NCBI GenBank assembly: GCA_964036045.1
Contig: OZ038379.1
Span: forward strand, 67,456,001-67,520,000
DNA from: Eutreptiella sp. 'Long Island Sound 2002'
Taxonomy: Eukaryota > Protista > Euglenida
Direction: 5' to 3'
Length of the DNA: 64,000 bases
Shown here: positions 62,323 through 64,000 of the stretch, piece after piece
Layout: each line of letters opens with the position of its first letter
Position numbering within the stretch: the first letter of the stretch is position 1
Notes under the pieces: generated by a model
The model's database searches: none
Told to the model about the DNA's origin: nothing
Seen by the model: the letters and a program-made list of their open reading frames with translations, nothing else
Program-made: the position numbers and the translations under genes

Positions 62323-63620
62323 ATGTCTAGTAGCCAAGGTAGTGCCGCTAGTGCCTCGTCTTCGTCCGCTCAGCCCCCCCAGCCCGTTCAGCAGCTCCCT
62401 GAACCAGATTTGGAGCTTGAGGGCGAGCTCATTGACGCGGACACAGCCAATACTGAAGTGCCCGAACCGGGTGATACACAATTGTGCCTCCAACACGCCT
62501 TGGCAGCACTGTGCCTGCGGCATAAGCTGTCAGAGTCCATTGAACCAAGAATGCTAAGGGTTTTTTTTAGACAGGGTCGTCCCTGATGCATACCGCATCC
62601 AGCCGAAGGATACCTTGCTGGCTATGCTGATGCATAAACATTTTTCAATCCCTGTCTTGACGACACGGGAGGCTGTGGGCAAGACAAGCCCCAGCAAACA
62701 TGAAACTTCTTACGGTGTACAATGCAGAAACCTCTGCATAGTTGGTCCGGATCCGAAATACAACACGGACCGGACCTTTGCAGAGGAATCTAATGAGAGG
62801 CTGCGTGTACATTACATGTACTTGAAATCAATACTGTCCACACACCCCGACAGTACCATTCGCGAGTTAAAGTGGACGCAGAGCGATGTAGTTACTTGGT
62901 TCAAAGAGGCCAAGGTCAAAAAGCGGTCCAAAAAAGTAGTTACCTGCAACGTGCGGTTCCCCCCCCTCTCATTTATTCATGTTCCGTTCGAGGTTTTGAG
63001 GGTTATCATAAACGATGCCTTCTGTGAGTCCCCACATGCAACGATTCACAACGCCCTCAGAGCCACCATCGTCGAACACTACCAGCGCCCTACAACCATG
63101 AGCTGCTCCAGGTCATAGCACAGGTGGCAAGGAGGTATGATCCTGGATCTTTGCCAGCTGATAGCAGGCAGCACATGTGTCACGTACGAGGTAGATTCCA
63201 AGCAAGCATTAGCCTCACAGGTCGCGAGGCCCGCACAATCATGGGCAGACTGGCACGGGGTATGGTGCTCCCCCTGCCATTCCATTCCTTGGTGCTGGCA
63301 TTTTGCCACATGGTGCATCTATGCTATGGTTCTAATAACCTGGCAACTGTCACATGGCAAGCTATGGGGATGTTGTACACATATGTTGTGCACATCATCC
63401 CTGAGTTTGCTGAAGAAGGTTGCGCTGCAACCTTATATATGCATGGGTGGTCCCACACATGGTTTAATCCACGGACACCCATGCTGTATTCCGATGAGGC
63501 CGGCGAGCGGGATCTCAGGGTGGCCAAGAGATATGGCCCCGTGACTAGTACTAGGCAAGATGCCAGTATTAGTGAAAGTTTGAAGCATGAGCTGTATCAA
63601 AAGTTCGTGCAAAAAAAAAA
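62323..63620 (+). pseudogene. Degenerate Transib/RAG1-like transposase of a different lineage
   Basis: Three consecutive ORFs joined by two frameshifts, ending LYMHGWSHTWF..MLYSDEAGERDLRVAKRY. This resembles the RAG1/Transib YxH..H / SEExxE region. D1 and D2 were not identified. Confidence 0.5.
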
Positions 63621-64000
63621 AGAAGATCCCCTGTGCCAAAATTTGGGTGCCGGTGCAACGAAACGTTGTTCTGGAGGCGTGCATGGTTGCTGCCAATGCC
63701 GTGTGGCATGCGGTCTTCCAACGTCTCTTAGAGCATTTGCTGCATTTCCAGGAGGGAGGTGGCTGCTCCCTATATATGCACCCAAACACCCATTCGGTGA
63801 AATGCACCTTTCCAGGTGCAAATCCCGAGAGTGATGTGGTGTGTGTGTGTGTGGGACCTGTGGCTCAAAGCGTGGTGTGCGTCAATGGGTACCACTGGAC
63901 AGGGAAGCTCTCTGCAAGTGACCCAAACTGGGTTTGAAGAGCCGTGCCACATTTAAGTCCTGTGCTGCACGCCGTACGCCGTAAGGCGCTCAAGGACAAG

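Overview
Eukaryotic, transposon-saturated DNA. I found no intact host gene, rRNA, tRNA or CRISPR array. Nearly all recognisable coding sequence is degenerate transposable-element (TE) ORF, nested several layers deep. (1) A family of intron-containing DDE transposons whose reconstructed protein carries Transib/RAG1-like motifs (WGDG; GGD[Q/E]PW; ILHCCMAFG; ESTNY..K). Eight pieces from about four subfamilies are labelled A 1-3863(+), E 3864-4378(-), G ~5090-5289(-), B 5290-8670(-), D 14250-15684 plus 19407-19470(+), C 19498-~21035(+), F 30208-30916(+) and H ~55621-59720(+). A more canonical Transib-like remnant lies at 62.3-63.6 kb. Introns in this family are built from inverted arrays of subfamily-specific short motifs, and the 3' exons carry a Tudor-like module. 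(2) A complete hAT element (15693-19398) with a 17-bp terminal inverted repeat (TIR), an 8-bp target-site duplication (TSD) ACAGGCTT, and two premature TAG stops. (3) A tyrosine-recombinase (YR) retrotransposon (~21.04-25.4 kb) in gag-YR-RT order, with a ubiquitin-like domain at the start of ORF1. (4) A piggyBac transposase (54322-55587) between a multi-exon unknown gene and the N-terminus of copy H. (5) A non-autonomous TIR family (C[A/C]CTTAGGCC...) sitting at the centre of a ~5.3-kb quasi-palindrome (34.2-39.5 kb) and forming a second foldback (39.5-41.3 kb). (6) Satellites and microsatellites. Premature stops are strongly biased to TAG, which fits CpA->TpA decay. The host is inferred only weakly to be a euglenozoan/euglenid, from the gag-YR-RT order and the hairpin introns. 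All alignments were done by eye and family calls are from remembered motifs; no database search was run.
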